DNA from: Laetmonice hystrix
Taxonomy: Eukaryota
Direction: 5' to 3'
DNA: 64,000 nt
Assembly (NCBI GenBank): GCA_965235115.1
Contig: OZ249436.1
Coordinates: 29,886,001 to 29,950,000 of the forward strand
A model generated the notes under the pieces. It searched no databases, was not told the origin of the DNA, and saw only the letters and a list, made by a program, of their open reading frames with translations. Of the stretch, positions 23,586 to 37,500 are shown piece after piece. The translations under genes and the position numbers were made by a program. The first letter of the stretch is position 1. Every line of letters begins with the position of its first letter.

Positions 23586-24419
23586 TAATGGGCCTTTTTT
23601 TAGACCGATATTGCACACCCGCCATCTTGATCATTGTCATTGCATGTTTCAGGTAACAATTACATTTGAATACCATCAAAAGTGGAATTTCGAAATATAT
23701 AGATCTGGGCCTATTATGTTTGTTCTGGCATAGATCTATTCGTAAATGCTCCCTCATTCATTCAACGACAGTTGCACCTGCTGTAGCAATAAAAGCCATG
23801 ATCTTAGATCTACAATGGTGTTACTTTGACTTGTATAGATCCATATATTACTTAACCATTTCATTGTTACTGTCCTCAATTGAGGACACCACTTCTTGCA
23901 CAGCGTCCAAAATGAAACAGCCACCCTTACAAGTTGTTATTAAATAACAACTTGTAAGGGTGGCTAAATTTTAGTCAATAAACTTTTTCTAAATTGGTGC
24001 ATGTTAAACTGCGGATAATGCGTGGTATAACTATTATCATTTTAGTTCTCGACTTGGTCACGACATCAATGATAAAACATCGTAATAACATCGCCTTGGT
24101 GGATAGCAGCATCGTGTTGGTGGATAGATCTAGGCCTACGCAAAATCTAGCATCGTTGGGTATGAACGCTGACCAACCGACGGGGACCATCACGTGGGTT
24201 GACGTTCAAAGGGCGTCGGTTTTGCATCGTTTACACCAGAAATGCACGCTAATTTTTATGAATCGCGCCTGCAGTCAGTGCTGTAATCTGATTGGTGTAC
24301 GGGGTACCGAACTAGGTGGAAAACAGTTTTATCCATTCATCAAGGGGGGTGGGGGGGGGGGGTGCAGATGCACTTTTTTGTTTTGGCTGGGATCCCTGTT
24401 TATTTGAAACTATATTTTC

Positions 24420-25315
24420 TTGCAAATGTGCCTTTTCAGAGTGCAGAGGATGGCTTGTACATCCAGACAAAACAGCTGTTGCCAAATCTCCTCCTCTGGT
24501 TGTTGAAGGAGTGCCTGTGACAACAACAAACGAGTTGCTAAAATGCATCGAGTGGTACTCGACATTTGTGTTTAGTATAAAATATTATGAACGTCTGAGG
24601 AAAATGTGAAACTTCATACAAAATTTCTTCTTCGAGGTGAAAGATAAAGATGTTACAAAGTCGATGCGGACACTATACCATTTTGCTTAAGAAGTAAATA
24701 TCAAGGCATTCCTGCACAGACGATTGCGGGAAAGGGAATAATTAGTTACCATGATTTTATGATTAATCGATACTGTAGAAGGACCTGTTCCAAGTTGTGA
24801 AAATGGTTTGATATTTCAAACTAAGGGTTGCAAGGATTGTGTGAACAATAGATACTGAAGAAGGACCTGTTCCAAGTGGTGAAAATGGTTTGATATTTCA
24901 AACTAAGGGTTGCAATGATTGTGTGAACAATAGATACTGGAGAATGACCTATTTCAAGTGGTGAAAATGGTTTGATATTTCAAACTAAGGGTTGCAATGA
25001 TTGTGTGAACAATAGATACTGGAGAAGGACCTGTTCCAAGTGGTGAAAATGGTTTGATATTTCAAACTAGAGGTTACAATGAGTTCTTGAATGAAAGTTC
25101 GTTCACAAGAAAGGTATATCAGACGGGATGGAAAAGTCTAAAGCTTAGTCAGATTCTCAGTCAGTTTGACTCGGGGTTACAATGATTGTAGTCATAAAAG
25201 ATTAGTCATAAAAGCCTCAGAAAGTTCGGAGAAAAAGGCACAGTCATGCTGACCAAGCTCAGATTAGAACACCAGTCGTTTTGACTAACTTTCTACCCCA
25301 GCATTTCTTTCTGTG
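24420..25315 (+). mobile_element. 3' remnant of an EnSpm/CACTA-like element with a decayed accessory ORF tail
   Basis: Ends ...ccagcatttctttctgtg|TA (reverse complement of a CACAG terminus). Degraded coding tail VVEGVPV...FVFSIKY..L...FIQNFFFEVKD resembles C-termini of CMC-associated accessory proteins. Confidence 0.5.
24769..25085 (+). repeat. 82-bp minisatellite, about 4 copies
   Basis: Unit starts gatactg at 24769, 24851, 24933 and 25015. Confidence 0.9.
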
Positions 25316-25317
25316 TA

Positions 25318-27912
25318 CGGTTTGGAATGATCCGTAGCGCAGGGCGATCCGGTAGCTTCCGTGACCTGGAAAGGCGATGATGCGAGGGGTTCCTATACGA
25401 CATTGTTACGGGTTGAGGAGGATTGTTACGGATAGCTTTTCCGAGTCTACTCCATATAGGTAAGGATAACTTACGGATAGCTACGGCTTACTGTGGCTCA
25501 CTACGGCTGTCTTACGGGTTGATGCGGTTCCACTACGGCTTACTACGGGCTGTTACGTATCTCCGACGGGTTATTACGGAATGAACAGGTTGGCATGCTG
25601 GCGAAGCAAGCGTCACCACGTGACCCACGCAACCCGTAGCAAGCCATACCAACCCGTCACAATACGTACCACCCGTAGCACGCCGTATCAACCCGTATAA
25701 TACGTACCAATACGTTGTGTGATCCGTTCCGTACTAATACTGACCGATACGTTCCAACCCGGGAAGGATGCCTAACAGCCCGTAGTGGGTTCGTCACCGA
25801 TCACGCGATCACGGCTTATGCCACTATTCCACACAGACCACGAATCTCACGAATTGCCAGGATTTGATAAATTTTAGGATTCGTGAGGATTCGTGATATT
25901 TTGCAAATTTCTTGTCCAATTCGTGATGATGTACGATTCTGTTACGATAAAGCTACGATATAATTACGAATATTCGTGGGATTCTGCTCGAACCGCTGAA
26001 ATATTTTCAAGAATTCATAACGATTTACAAGAATCCATTACGAATACTACAAGAACGTTAGGAATCAGTTACGAATCAGTTAAGAATATGCCGAATGCAT
26101 CTACGAATCAGGTACGATCAAATTTGAATTCGTGACTATTCTTGACAATTCGTGGGATTTTCCCTGAAAATAGGTATACAAAGTGGTCTTCCCTGTCCCC
26201 TTGCCCTTGCCTGCAACTTTTCTTGGCATCTTGTAACTGATCTCCTGGAGTTCGTCTTCACAAATGACCTGAAGTCAAACGTTAAACTCCTTATATACCC
26301 AATTCGCCGGCAATCGTAGCTCATTCGTGATTGGTTCGTGGGAATTCGTAACAGATTCGTAGCTGCTTCGTACCCTATCGTGAATTCGTAGATATTTCTT
26401 ACTTGCTTCGTGCCTGCTTCGGTGTGTATTCGTGGGATTCGTGACAGATTCGTAGCCGATTCGTGGTCAAGTCACGAATTCCCGAATTCCCGAATGAGTT
26501 AAGAATACCTACGAGTGCCTACGAATTTATTACGACTCAGTTACGATGCCTAAGAATGCACTACGAATTTGTTACGAATTAACTACGATTTTTTGGAATC
26601 AAGAGTTCGTGGCCAAAATTCTGAACAGCTCAAAACTTTTGCCACGAATTCCCGATCACTCAAGAATTGAAAGAACTCACTACGAATAAATAAGAATCAG
26701 TTAAGAACTTCACGAACTGATTAAGATTAAACTACGAATCCGAGAATTCATCAATCCGTAGGGATTCGTGAAATTCGTGGTCTGTGTGGAATAGGGGCAT
26801 TACTAGGGAATAGTGTCAATTAAGGGTTGCTACGTATCATCTACGGGTTACTAAGGGTCATCTTCGGATTGCTACGGGTCCGCTACCGTGATCGAAATCG
26901 AATTTTTTTGAAGACGTGTTAGCCCCCTTCACACTTTCCCGGATCGCGCGCCGGGCCTTGCCGGATCGGGGCTACGGGCGCATCCGGCATGATCCGTGGT
27001 CAGATCCGGCGTGATCCGGGATGTTCCGTAGCTACCTGTGGCAACCCGTACCGATTCGTAGAGGTCTTTCGATCCGTGGAAAAGTTTTGAACATGTTCAA
27101 AACTTTTTCGATTTCGACCACGGATAAAATCGCCGTAGCGGATCCGTAGCAACCCGTAGATGACCCGTAGTAACCCGTAGACGATACGTACAACCCTTAG
27201 TGGACACTTAACGTTTCCCTAGTAAGCCGTGATCACGTGATCGGTGATGGATCCACTACGTGTTGTTAGGTATCCTTTCTGGGTTGGTACGTATAGGTAA
27301 GTATTGGTAGGTATAGGAACGGATTACACAAAGTATTGGTACGTATCCACTACGGGTTGATACGGTGTGCTACGGTGGTACACTACGTATTGTGACGGGT
27401 TGTTATGGCTTGCTACGGGTTGCTTCAGATCAAGGTGGCCAACGCGTGTGTCATGTGGTGACGCTCGCCTATATATTGGCGAGCACCCCAACCTGTTCAA
27501 TCCGTAATAACCCGTCGGAGATACGTAACAGCCCGTAGTAATCCGTAGTGGAACCGCATCAACCCGTAAGAAAGCCGTAGTGAGCCATAGTAAGCCGTAC
27601 CTATACGGAGTAGCCCCGGGAAGCTATCCGTAACAATCCTTCTCAACCCATAACAATGTCGTAGTAACCCCTACTGGAGCCTTGTCAACCCTTATCAACC
27701 CGTTCTGGATACGGAGTTTCACGCATCATCGCCTTTCCATGTCACGGAAGCTGCCGGATCGCCTTGCGCTACGGATAATTCCAAACCGTCGCTTGATCCG
27801 GGAAAGTGTGACAGGGGCTTAAACCTTTTCCACGGATCGAAAAGCCGCTACGGATCGGTACGGGTTGCTATGGGTAGCTAGAGAACACCCGGGAAAGTGT
27901 GACGGTGGCTTT
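25318..27912. mobile_element. Nest of Harbinger-like MITEs: truncated outer copy carrying 25819-26799 (different family, TSD TTA) and 26922-27818 (same family, inverted, TSD TTA)
   Basis: TIRs tgccactattccacacagacc / ggtctgtgtggaataggggca and gcccccttcacactttcccggatc / gatccgggaaagtgtgacaggggc. The empty site acggcTTActaggg is visible, reverse-complemented, in the inner copy. Confidence 0.85.
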
Positions 27913-30204
27913 AGCGTCCTTATGAAGTCAAAAACTTGGAGAGGAGGATGGTATTGTAGGTTACATTTTATAATATCGTAACCCGTCAATATAAGCGGAC
28001 TCTATACAAAAGTTGAAACCCGTCGAGGAGACTACACAATGAAGTTGAATAATTAATTATATCCCATGATAACAAACAACACTTTATAAGTCCGTATACA
28101 GTTATGCAGTATACGTAGGATAGAAATTACTATTCTGCCTTAGTTATTAGGTGGAGACAACATGGGCAGAAAGAAAGCAACCCGGAATGCCCTCCCAGCG
28201 ACCCCCACCCCCAACCCCCCCCCCCCCCACCCCCCACCCCACCCCCAACCCCAGAATATTTGATAACAAGAAGAAGTAAGTTTATTAACTTAATGCTGTC
28301 CCTACTACAGCCATCCTCGTTTAGCCTTCATAAATGATTCCAACCCGTATTTAGATATAGCGATACAAGATTCAATGGCCTTAAATTAAAACATGCCAAC
28401 TAAAAGTAAAGCCTTGATAGAAATGGAAAAAAGAAGATAAATAGAAGAAGGTCCAAACTCAAGCTCCTCTCAACAGGGTGCCAGCCAAGGTACTGAGACA
28501 GGGATGCTTGGTTGGAAACGATAATAAACAAAGTCGGCCCCGAGAAGACATAGAGATCTACCACACCAGCACTCCTGATAGAGGGTTGATCTTCCTAGCA
28601 CAACACTTCCCACATCCCAATCTGTATACAAATGTTGTGCGATCTGTCGGACAACATACCGCGGAATAAACTACTCGTTTTTTATGTTGACAGCTTGCTG
28701 AGATGGTAACAAATATTATTACCTTTAAGGCATAAATGGGAACATGGATAGATTCTATAGTCGCCGTTTGACCGCCAACGATGCGGGACTATTATATATG
28801 CACAATATGATATATATGATATCAGTGAAAAATGAAACAACATGGCTGACAATAACCGAATTGACAATGACCACGTGGCTCTTAAGTTCAATCCATTCAG
28901 TTATAATGTAATGTTCAATTTTGTGTTATTTTCTCTTTACATAACTCGTCATACACTATAACAATGGCCATTGTAAGTATCAATAAACCCCCGAGCGTTA
29001 ACGAGGGGGGTTATTGATAGCACCCCTCGGTTGATTATTTTTTCTCGAAAGAAACCATGGAGTTCTAGACACAAAATTAACTTCATATGTAAATAAATTG
29101 TTGAAAGTAAATAAAGAATCTACAGGGGTGTTCATAGCCTGGTCCCCTGCCTAGCAGACATGTATACGTAGCAGTCAATATAGACATGGGGACCCGGCTG
29201 GGGTGTTCAGGGAACACGTGGCCCGTCGACTGGGTGTGCGAGATCGATCAGTGATCAAGTTTTATTGGTTGAAACTGAAACCAAACATATTAGTTAGCTG
29301 CTAATGCACTGTATTGGTCAAAAAGTATCAAGGTGCTTGGTTCAAACAACCAATATACGGCTAATCAACGATATTGGCTATTTTGTTAACCAATCTGTTT
29401 TTAGAGTGTGCCCATCTGTTTCTCGGAATTGGGGGCCTGTAGAACCTAGGCATTTTTACACAAGAAAGAGCAAGGTACAAAAATGGCGATAACACCTGGA
29501 TTGACACCCTCTTTTCTTGGCCCACGTCGTGTCACGAGGCGACTTAATCTCTTTAATCGCTTTAATCTCAGCAGACGACTGAGAAGCGTCGATTGACCAC
29601 CCCTTGTCACGACGCGTATGATAAGATGGCCTACTTGACTGTACTGCCATTCGTGGGCCGTGGACTATCCCTCACATGATAATAACATGATAATAAGCGT
29701 TGAAAACTTTATTAATTATTTAATTACGTAATATGATATAATCTTGACATAGCTTCCTAAGTTTCACTCACACATTCTAAAAAAATAGCAAATATACACC
29801 CTCCGTATTGGGAAATGACAAACTGCTTAACTTTGAAGTCATGTGACTCCGTCAAAATACTTCAAATCGCTCAATCCCTGCTACAACTTCTTCGGATATC
29901 TAGGAGTAACCATTCTGTACAATTTGAAGAAAGCTTCATCAGAATTTCAGATGTATGTGACAAATGACCTGTGACCCAGTCCCAGAAGGTCAAAGGCCAT
30001 CAGCGAAATTTTGTTAAAACATTATTAAGGAATCGTCTCTTTTCTAGTATCTGAGAGATAGTACTGTTGCCCTGTTGGTACTTGTTTGGTCACTGGAAAA
30101 TATTTTCATAAGTTTGGGTCAACATCCCACCTAGGCTGTGATGTAATAAATAGTTCTTTACAGCTATGGTCATTCATTTACAGCAACACTCTACAACTTT
30201 TGTG

Positions 30205-30385
30205 TGTGCAGGGATGGCTCAGCGGTAAAGTGTAGGAATTCCAGGCCATGGGTATGACATAGTTCTTTACTACTATGGTCCTTTATTTACACCAAGACTC
30301 TGCAAATAATGTGTGAACGGATGGCTTAGTGGTAGAGTCTAGGAATTTTATGCAAAGGGTATGAGGTTCGAATACCACCCAAAAT
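30205..30385 (+). mobile_element. Tandem tRNA-derived SINE-like heads (paralog at about 58055-58232)
   Basis: A-box-like TGGCTCAGCGG and TGGCTTAGTGG; B-box-like GGTTCGAATAC. No complete cloverleaf. Confidence 0.5.
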
Positions 30386-30619
30386 TGTTTTTCTACCACT
30401 GGGAATCTACGTGAATATCTTTCTCAGTGCTGGATATCTGGAAAAACTTGGTGCGTATCATGACAATGACCTGACATGAGTTCTTTACTCTATGGTCATG
30501 GTTGACTTACTTTCATTTCATAAAGGGGCTTTTCTAGAGACATCCATAGAGGAACGGGATACCCGATTGCCTGCAATCTGCATGTCTAGTTGCAGCTGCC
30601 AGTCCTGCGCAAATGCGAT

Positions 30620-30723
30620 GCGACCGGCTTTATAAGGGCGGGCACTTCCATCATCTTTTACACAGCAGGTTCAACATTAGCTCGGACAGATCAAGCGGAT
30701 CGTCTCACTTTGAACAAGTAAGT
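30620..30723 (+). promoter_or_regulatory. Putative TATA/GC-box promoter and non-coding first exon of the METTL27-like gene (paralog at about 58490-58593)
   Basis: tttataagggcggg, then donor aa|gtaagt at 30718. An acceptor ttacag at 31385-31390 lies 3 nt before the ATG. Confidence 0.45.
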
Positions 30724-31393
30724 GCAAGGTTAGCGTGCCGATCTATTCGTCAGAAAATGTCTCTTTTCACATCAGTAGGAAAGGCCCATTTTCAAGAGGG
30801 GGATATGAGTAGCGGGTAACAAGAATAGCAAACAGGTAAAATATGCTGTTTGAGGCTGGAACATTACACTGTCCTTAGTTACCATTATGTACATTAATTA
30901 GATGCACATATCACATACCAAAAAGATAATCAATATTTCAACTGTAGCCATCATATTATTGAATACGTTGGCAGATTTTAATTTTCTGAAAGGGGTCAAA
31001 TATTTTGGGAATCTGGACTGGAAAATGTTTACAAAGCCGATTCAGTTTCATGATACATCGCCCGTGATAACTTAACCCCCACTAAATTTGGTCGAAAGTA
31101 AAGATGTACAGCCCTGACCTTATCCCTTACCCCGAACCCTAACCCTCCCAAAAACATGTCCCTGTCCTATTCCAATCCCTATCCCTGACCTTAACCCGAA
31201 CCCCTGACCACAAATGTTGTGGGGTACGGAATGTATCATGGCGAAATAACGAGTGCTATCGACTCGTTCTGTACATTCCATAATTTATGCCCAGTTATTC
31301 TCCGAATTCCAGACATCACCTATCTGCCTGTGATCTTAAATTTACTTTTGATATGTACACGAATACTCGATTATGCTGTAGAATTTACAGAAA

Positions 31394-34300
31394 ATGGCTA
31401 ACATGGACAAGTTCGATGAAGTGGCCTTCGAAAGAAACAGGGGGTCTCAGGATCCAAAGCAATCCTTTCCGGAACGAATGCAGTATTACAACACTTGGGC
31501 ATCTGAGGAGACATACGACATCGTACGCATGTTTAGGGACCTACATAATTAGAGTAATTCAAATTTAGTTCTGAAACCACACATTTTATTAAGTATAAAC
31601 AGTATATTTATTATATTTAAAATTTTGTTTCTAGCTTATGGGGCCCAATAACTATCAGGGACCGACACTCTGTGCAGCTGCTATTGAACATTATATGCCC
31701 ACAACGAAGGAAATGCATATCCTTGACATAGGAGCGGGCACTGGACGCGTGGGAACGGAAGTACGTAAAGCCATAGAATATCCACCAAACCACTATAGGG
31801 CCAGGCCAAGCTGATGTTAACATCAGGGGCAAAATTGCAGATTGTGTAGAAGATTCTCCCACCACCCTTATTTTGACGTCAATGTCATAAAGTGCATGGA
31901 GCAGAAAACCGTTTTCAATTATCTCAACTAGAAAAAAAGTTGCAGCCTTCCGAACCCATCAATATTGCAAAACTATCCCCCCCCCCCCAATTTGGTACAA
32001 TTAGGAAAGCACCTGCATGCAGACATTTCAACAGTTTGTGGGGTAAACTTGCCTGTTTTTGTAGAGATTAAAGGCAGGCAATGTTCCTCACTAATGTACC
32101 TTTAAACACCAGTAACACCATGTGAAATGTCTAAGGTCACGCCGATAAGTGGAACACTGTCGAAGGCGACTTTTAAAAATACGGTAAGGTCATTCGCTAT
32201 TTTCACACGCGTTACGCCGCCACTGGCTTCATCGGACACTCACTCACTCACTACGACTGCACTACTGACAATCTCCCATAATGCAGAGGGGCTTGCTCCA
32301 CTACCCCTCGGCCACACCTCACTTTTTACGGAGCCAATCGCTCCTCTACATACACGTTTAACTTCTTTTATGCAAAGTCGGCCGCCCTTTATAGTATCTA
32401 TAAAATTTAATGTAGGCCTACCTCTAAATCCCAAAACCGAGATTATAACGAGTGATATTCACCGTACAAGAGAAATATCTGATGAAATATTGGGAACTAC
32501 ATCTGCGGAGGGAGATCAGCTATAGCCGCAAGTCGGTTGGGCACATTTGAAATACTTCGGGTGTCTCCGACTAGGTACTTCCGTTCAACATAGCGGCTGC
32601 ATTTGATTTCTCCGAAGATTTAGATGTTTGACAGTCTGCGCCGTAAAAGTAAACAACAAGAGTGCTTCAGAATCAAGCAGCCACGATTCCAGCTCGGCTG
32701 GCCCGATCGGGGATTTCTAGGTCAGGTCAGAGGTCGCTCAAACGGCAGTACGTAGCCTGTGGCAGAGATTGAATGAAGTGAACGATCTATGTCCGGAGAG
32801 TGCACTACTGACTGTGTACTCTTACCGGTGACAGCAGACACCTTTTTCTCTCTCTTCATAACCTTATTGGGGCATGTTAACAAATACAGAGTTTGTGTGC
32901 AGCTATCGTTTGCAACCCTCTCTGAAATCTCTGGAATCGCAGTGGGACGTGAATGGCGGTACCCTGGCTGGGAATCTGCGTGGTTCGTTCCGCCTGGGCC
33001 CCGTTGCATAATATTCAAGAACCGGCCGATAAGGATGGTTAAAATGTTCGAAAGCGTTGCATATTACAGATTTAGCAGTCACTAAAATCAGAGTGTTGCT
33101 AAAATGGTTGCTAGAGGCCTCCGCTAAGGCCCACCAAAAAGGTACGCGCTAAAAGTTGGAAGAGTGGAGTGTGTCCCATCTACCAGGGCGCCATTGCATA
33201 TTTTTCCCCTTAAGGATCACTAAAACCTTTACGATCTTTAATTAACCAAGCTGCAAGGGTTACGGTGCATCAACAACATCAGGACGTCTAAATATCATGA
33301 TAGCAGCGTAGACTGCCGTTTGTCTTATTTCAGGGTCCTAGCAGGGCGTAAATTAAGAGAAAATGGATGCGGCGATGATACCCGTAACGCCGTGAGCTGG
33401 TGACTCTAACGCAAATTTAAGTTGGTGAAATAATAGATGGTGACTACTTAGACTTAGACTTATCATTTCAAACTTGTTTGATTTTTTGTTTGATTTTGCA
33501 TAAGCCTTAGGGCTTAAAGGGAATTTGTACCTAGGACTAGGCCTACACCTTTTTCAACATCTGCGCGTGATATAGGCCTTTATAGGCCATCCTTCAATAT
33601 AAAACTATGATATAACATAAATATGGGTCCTCTTTGTTGTCAATGCAGAGAAATGGAACTGCTTGAAATACATCTAGTTTTAGTTGAAGCGAGACTTGCT
33701 TTCCTCCATCTCTGATCAGCGTAACGCGCGTTACGGTGATCAGTGTCATAACCAGTTATTGCGCCGTTGTTGTCTCAACTTGATTGACAGATCTGTAACA
33801 ACCCACTTTGAAAAAAATTACGCACTTTGAAAAATATTTTCAAAATGCGTTAAATGTTGAACCACCTCAATGCACTTTGAAAATTGTTTTCAAAGTGCGT
33901 TAAGATTCGGGTCCACTTCAACGCACTTTAAAAAAGAAAATTGAAAGTGCGTTAAGGTGGACCCAAATCTTAACGCACTTTGAAATTTCTATTTTCAAAA
34001 TGCGTGAAGTTGGACCCAAATTTTAACGCACTTTGAACAGATTTTTCAAAGTGGGTAATTTCAAAGTGGGGTTGTTACACATGCACCTTAGCGACAATAG
34101 TTTAGAGCCGGAGTGAAGGGTTGGAAGGCCATTTGGGACTGACAAAAAGTGGTCACAATGCGGAGTGCCCGCTATTGTGGCGTTTTGAGAAACATTAAAT
34201 AGATAAATAGATAAATACATTAAAAAACATTAAATGAAAAAAACGGAACTGAGCCAAACTGGCCGTATAGGGTTGACCTGTAGCTCATCTGTAAATATCA

Positions 34301-36190
34301 CTGGCGATTGCTCGTACACTCTAAAAACAGATTGGTTGAATTAACCAATATTGGTTGAAATGTGTCCAACTAATGTTTTTGGTGAATCTTACCCTCACAA
34401 AGGTGTATTACCCCAAACCTTTGACTTGAGTTTGTTGTCCAGGGTGAATTATATCTAAAATCAGTCGTTTTCTAACTCAGTTTTACTTAGAATATGAGTG
34501 GTAAGGTGAAATACAGCAAAAGTGTCCCTCCGTTACCGCTTGGCCTGACCCTATATCCTACTTGACCGTCAGGAAATTAGTTCACCGGAAGTGCGCTTGG
34601 GTATGCATGGCGGTGTTGATTCACAGGCTTTTCGTTTATGTTAATTGAAAGTCCAAGATAGCACACCTTCTTCATATTACAATCTCATGTTAATTAAAAA
34701 AGTGCAATAATTATTGTAACTTAGAGGTTGGGTTTCAGGGAAATGTTCTCTATGTTTCTCTTCTGCGTTCATGCACATATGAACACCCAGAATTATATAA
34801 AGAACCGATCTATGTCGCATTATTACTGATTTTGTAAAAATGATGTTCTATTGGTTAAGAACAAAGCTTGAACAGTCAGGTAGATGGCGCAGTCCAACCA
34901 ACAAAAAATGTGACATAGATCGTTTTTCCCGTGTTCTCTTATATATTTCTAGTTGCTCCAAAATTTGGGTTAAAGTATTAGAGAAACGCAGAGAAAATCG
35001 CATGTCTCTGTGGACCCCTCTCCCTCCCCCCACGTCATTGCTGTAATATCTAATAGGCCGATCGCTAAGAGCATATTTATTATATATTAGCTTGTGAAGC
35101 GTGGATACAAGAACATCGAGGCAATTGAACCATCGGAAGGGATGCTGGAAACTGCCAGAAACAAGAAGGTTTACCGTAAACATACTCTCGGTGCATTCGG
35201 AGCCACAAACCCATCTATTGGTGACCGTAAGTATGTGCACCATCAGCAGTCTTCATGTTCGGCATCTAACAAATCTCCCACTGTATCCTGATGACCAATT
35301 CAACCAACCTAAACCAATATATTAACCAAAAATTTGTTTAAATTGATCAACGTATTTGAGATAATAATCTAACAAATATGGATTGTTAAAAAAAACTACC
35401 AGAACTAGATTAATTTAACCAAAATCTCGGTCGGACACATAATCTACCATCTAGATTGGTTAAATTTATCCATTATCCTGGTCATTTTAACCAATCTGTT
35501 TAGAGGGTATCTTTTATCATAACCAGAGGTCTGATTTCTGCCGATTTTAAAACAAATGTCTTTCAGGTTCCTACGATGCGCTGGTCTCTTCGGGCGTGTT
35601 CATGGAAGGCCACCTTCCATGCAAGGCTCTGCGAGAGATGGCTCGAATTACTAAACCAGGTTTGTCGTGCGTTTTTCTTTTTAAGGATGGTTCCTTTAGA
35701 TGATGCATGTATTAATATATGTGTAAAGTTTGCGAATGATAATGATATACATGTAGGCCGTTTTGACAAAAATGTTCATGGTCTACAAACGGGAAGTTAT
35801 TCATTAAAAATGTTTAGAAACGAAATTCTGTTATCTTAGTTGATCTCTGGAACACCTTAACGTCCTGCGTATGGGCCTGACGTCTAACTGCGTGTCTTTA
35901 TGGAATAAAGACATCGACTTCTTTTCTAAATAAAAATTATTGAAATGAAAACAGATGAAGTATAATCATGAGCACAAATATTCATTCTTCCAGGCGGTTT
36001 GATTGTGATTGTCTTTCGCGAAAACGTTCTGGAGCAGGTGGAAGAATACCGCGGCCGCCTGGAACCGATGATGAAACAAATGCAAGCGGAGGGAGTTTGG
36101 GAAATCTTGGAAAGATCTGTGAAACCCATGTACTTTTTGGATATGAATGGCGTCCGATATGTCTTTAAAGTTAACGAGGAAAACAACTAA
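31394..36190 (+). CDS. METTL27: SAM-dependent methyltransferase, METTL27/WBSCR27-like, copy A; exons 31394-31522, 31635-31760, 35091-35226, 35567-35659, 35994-36190 (226 aa)
   Basis: GT-AG introns with consistent phases (0,0,1,1) give an open 681-nt CDS. Motifs YYNTWA..YD, ILDIGAGTG (motif I), IEPSEGML, YDALVSSGVF..GH and ITKPGGLIVI. Confidence 0.85.
33794..34079. mobile_element. TIR element with internal aacgcactttgaaa subrepeats in intron 2 (paralog 61645-61929)
   Basis: tgtaacaacccactttgaaa / tttcaaagtggggttgttaca; no clear TSD. Confidence 0.65.
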
Positions 36191-37500
36191 TTAAGAATAA
36201 GATTGAAAATTTTAACCAGCGGCCGGTTTCGCCATATGGCACTACTTGATGTACTTCTGTTAGAAGATGGGAAGCAGCGGTATCAATTTCGAATGAATTG
36301 TTCAGATTTCTAAAATGATGTTATCATGTATGTAATACAGTAAACTTAGAGATACAATTGCAAAATTGATTTATACCCGTAGGGGAGGTATATGTAAAAT
36401 ATCTCCCCTATATGTAAAAAATATTACCGACGAATATAAAATTGAGAAATTAACAGCTGGTTCATGCGGCCATAAAAATACATTATTATAAATTAATAGA
36501 ACTTTCTTGGGTTTACTGCTATCACACTTGCTTTTACAGATTCTTGTCCCCGCGCGCGTCACCTAAAAACCCCTGCGTCAAGTTTTTGTTTTCTAAATCT
36601 GACTGCTTCATATGGTGGGCAGTGTAGCACTGTGACAGAACGTTGCAACGGTTCTTTGGCGTTGGCGTTTTCCTGTTAGTCTTATTGCTTTTTATGTGAG
36701 TTTTACACATTCTTTAACGAAAACAATGAACATCATTGCATTAGTTTTTTCTTCAAGATTTCTTGATGTACCCAACAGCAATTGCATTCGAAGAATCGGC
36801 CGTTGTCTGGTTGCATCCATAAAAAAAGAAAGATGAAAAAAAAAACCGCGTCACTGCACCATTTTTTTATATGAAAGGACAAGAAACGAAACTCTTTTTT
36901 TTTGTCCTAATAGACAATAATTCAATCAGATATAAAAATGACTGAACTATGCCTATGATAGGAAAAGGTACATGAATGCTATAAGGGACCGTCCATGATT
37001 ATCAACATTTTCTAAAGAATACAGAGCGTACGATTTTAACCCACTTCCTTCCCAGAGAACACTAAGTTGAAAACCTGCAGGCTGACGGGAAAATTAAAAT
37101 TGAAAAGGTTACTTCAGAAAATGTCTCAAGTCAAGTAACCCCATAAGGGAACCAATTTAGGCCAATTTTAATATTTTCAAAAGGATTTAAAAAAATTATT
37201 ATTTAAAAAAAAATGCAGTCTATCCATGTGCCCTTCTAGCCTTTGTGTGAGAAAATTCTCAGCTAGGAAATGTCTGGATTTTTCTTTTTATCCTGATCTA
37301 AACTAGTAACTAGTCCTGTCGGCCCAAGTCATCTCATACTCTGAGCCGTTGTCTACCTACAGTCCAGGTAGAAGTTTGCCAGATTGTTGAGGGTGTGGCG
37401 GTATTGGCGAAAGTTAACATTAGTGAAATGCCCTGCTGGCCTATATAGGCCGAACTATGTCTTGGCTGAACTTTATAACCTTAGATCGGCTAACGCTTAA

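Larger units (their letters stand above)
3872..36190 (+). repeat. Segmental duplication copy A (Polinton remnant + METTL27-like gene; contains copy-specific insertions)
   Basis: Near-identical collinear blocks: 3872-9148 with 41349-47575; 20579-22298 with 47576-49305; 23586-24326 with 49303-49955; 28440-36050 with 54412-64000. Confidence 0.95.

Noticed and set aside
24769..25085. Possible CRISPR array
   Set aside because: Whole 82-bp units repeat with no unique spacers; eukaryotic context; no cas genes.
30205..30385. Functional tRNA gene
   Set aside because: A and B boxes are present but no convincing acceptor or anticodon stems; a SINE-like relic fits better.
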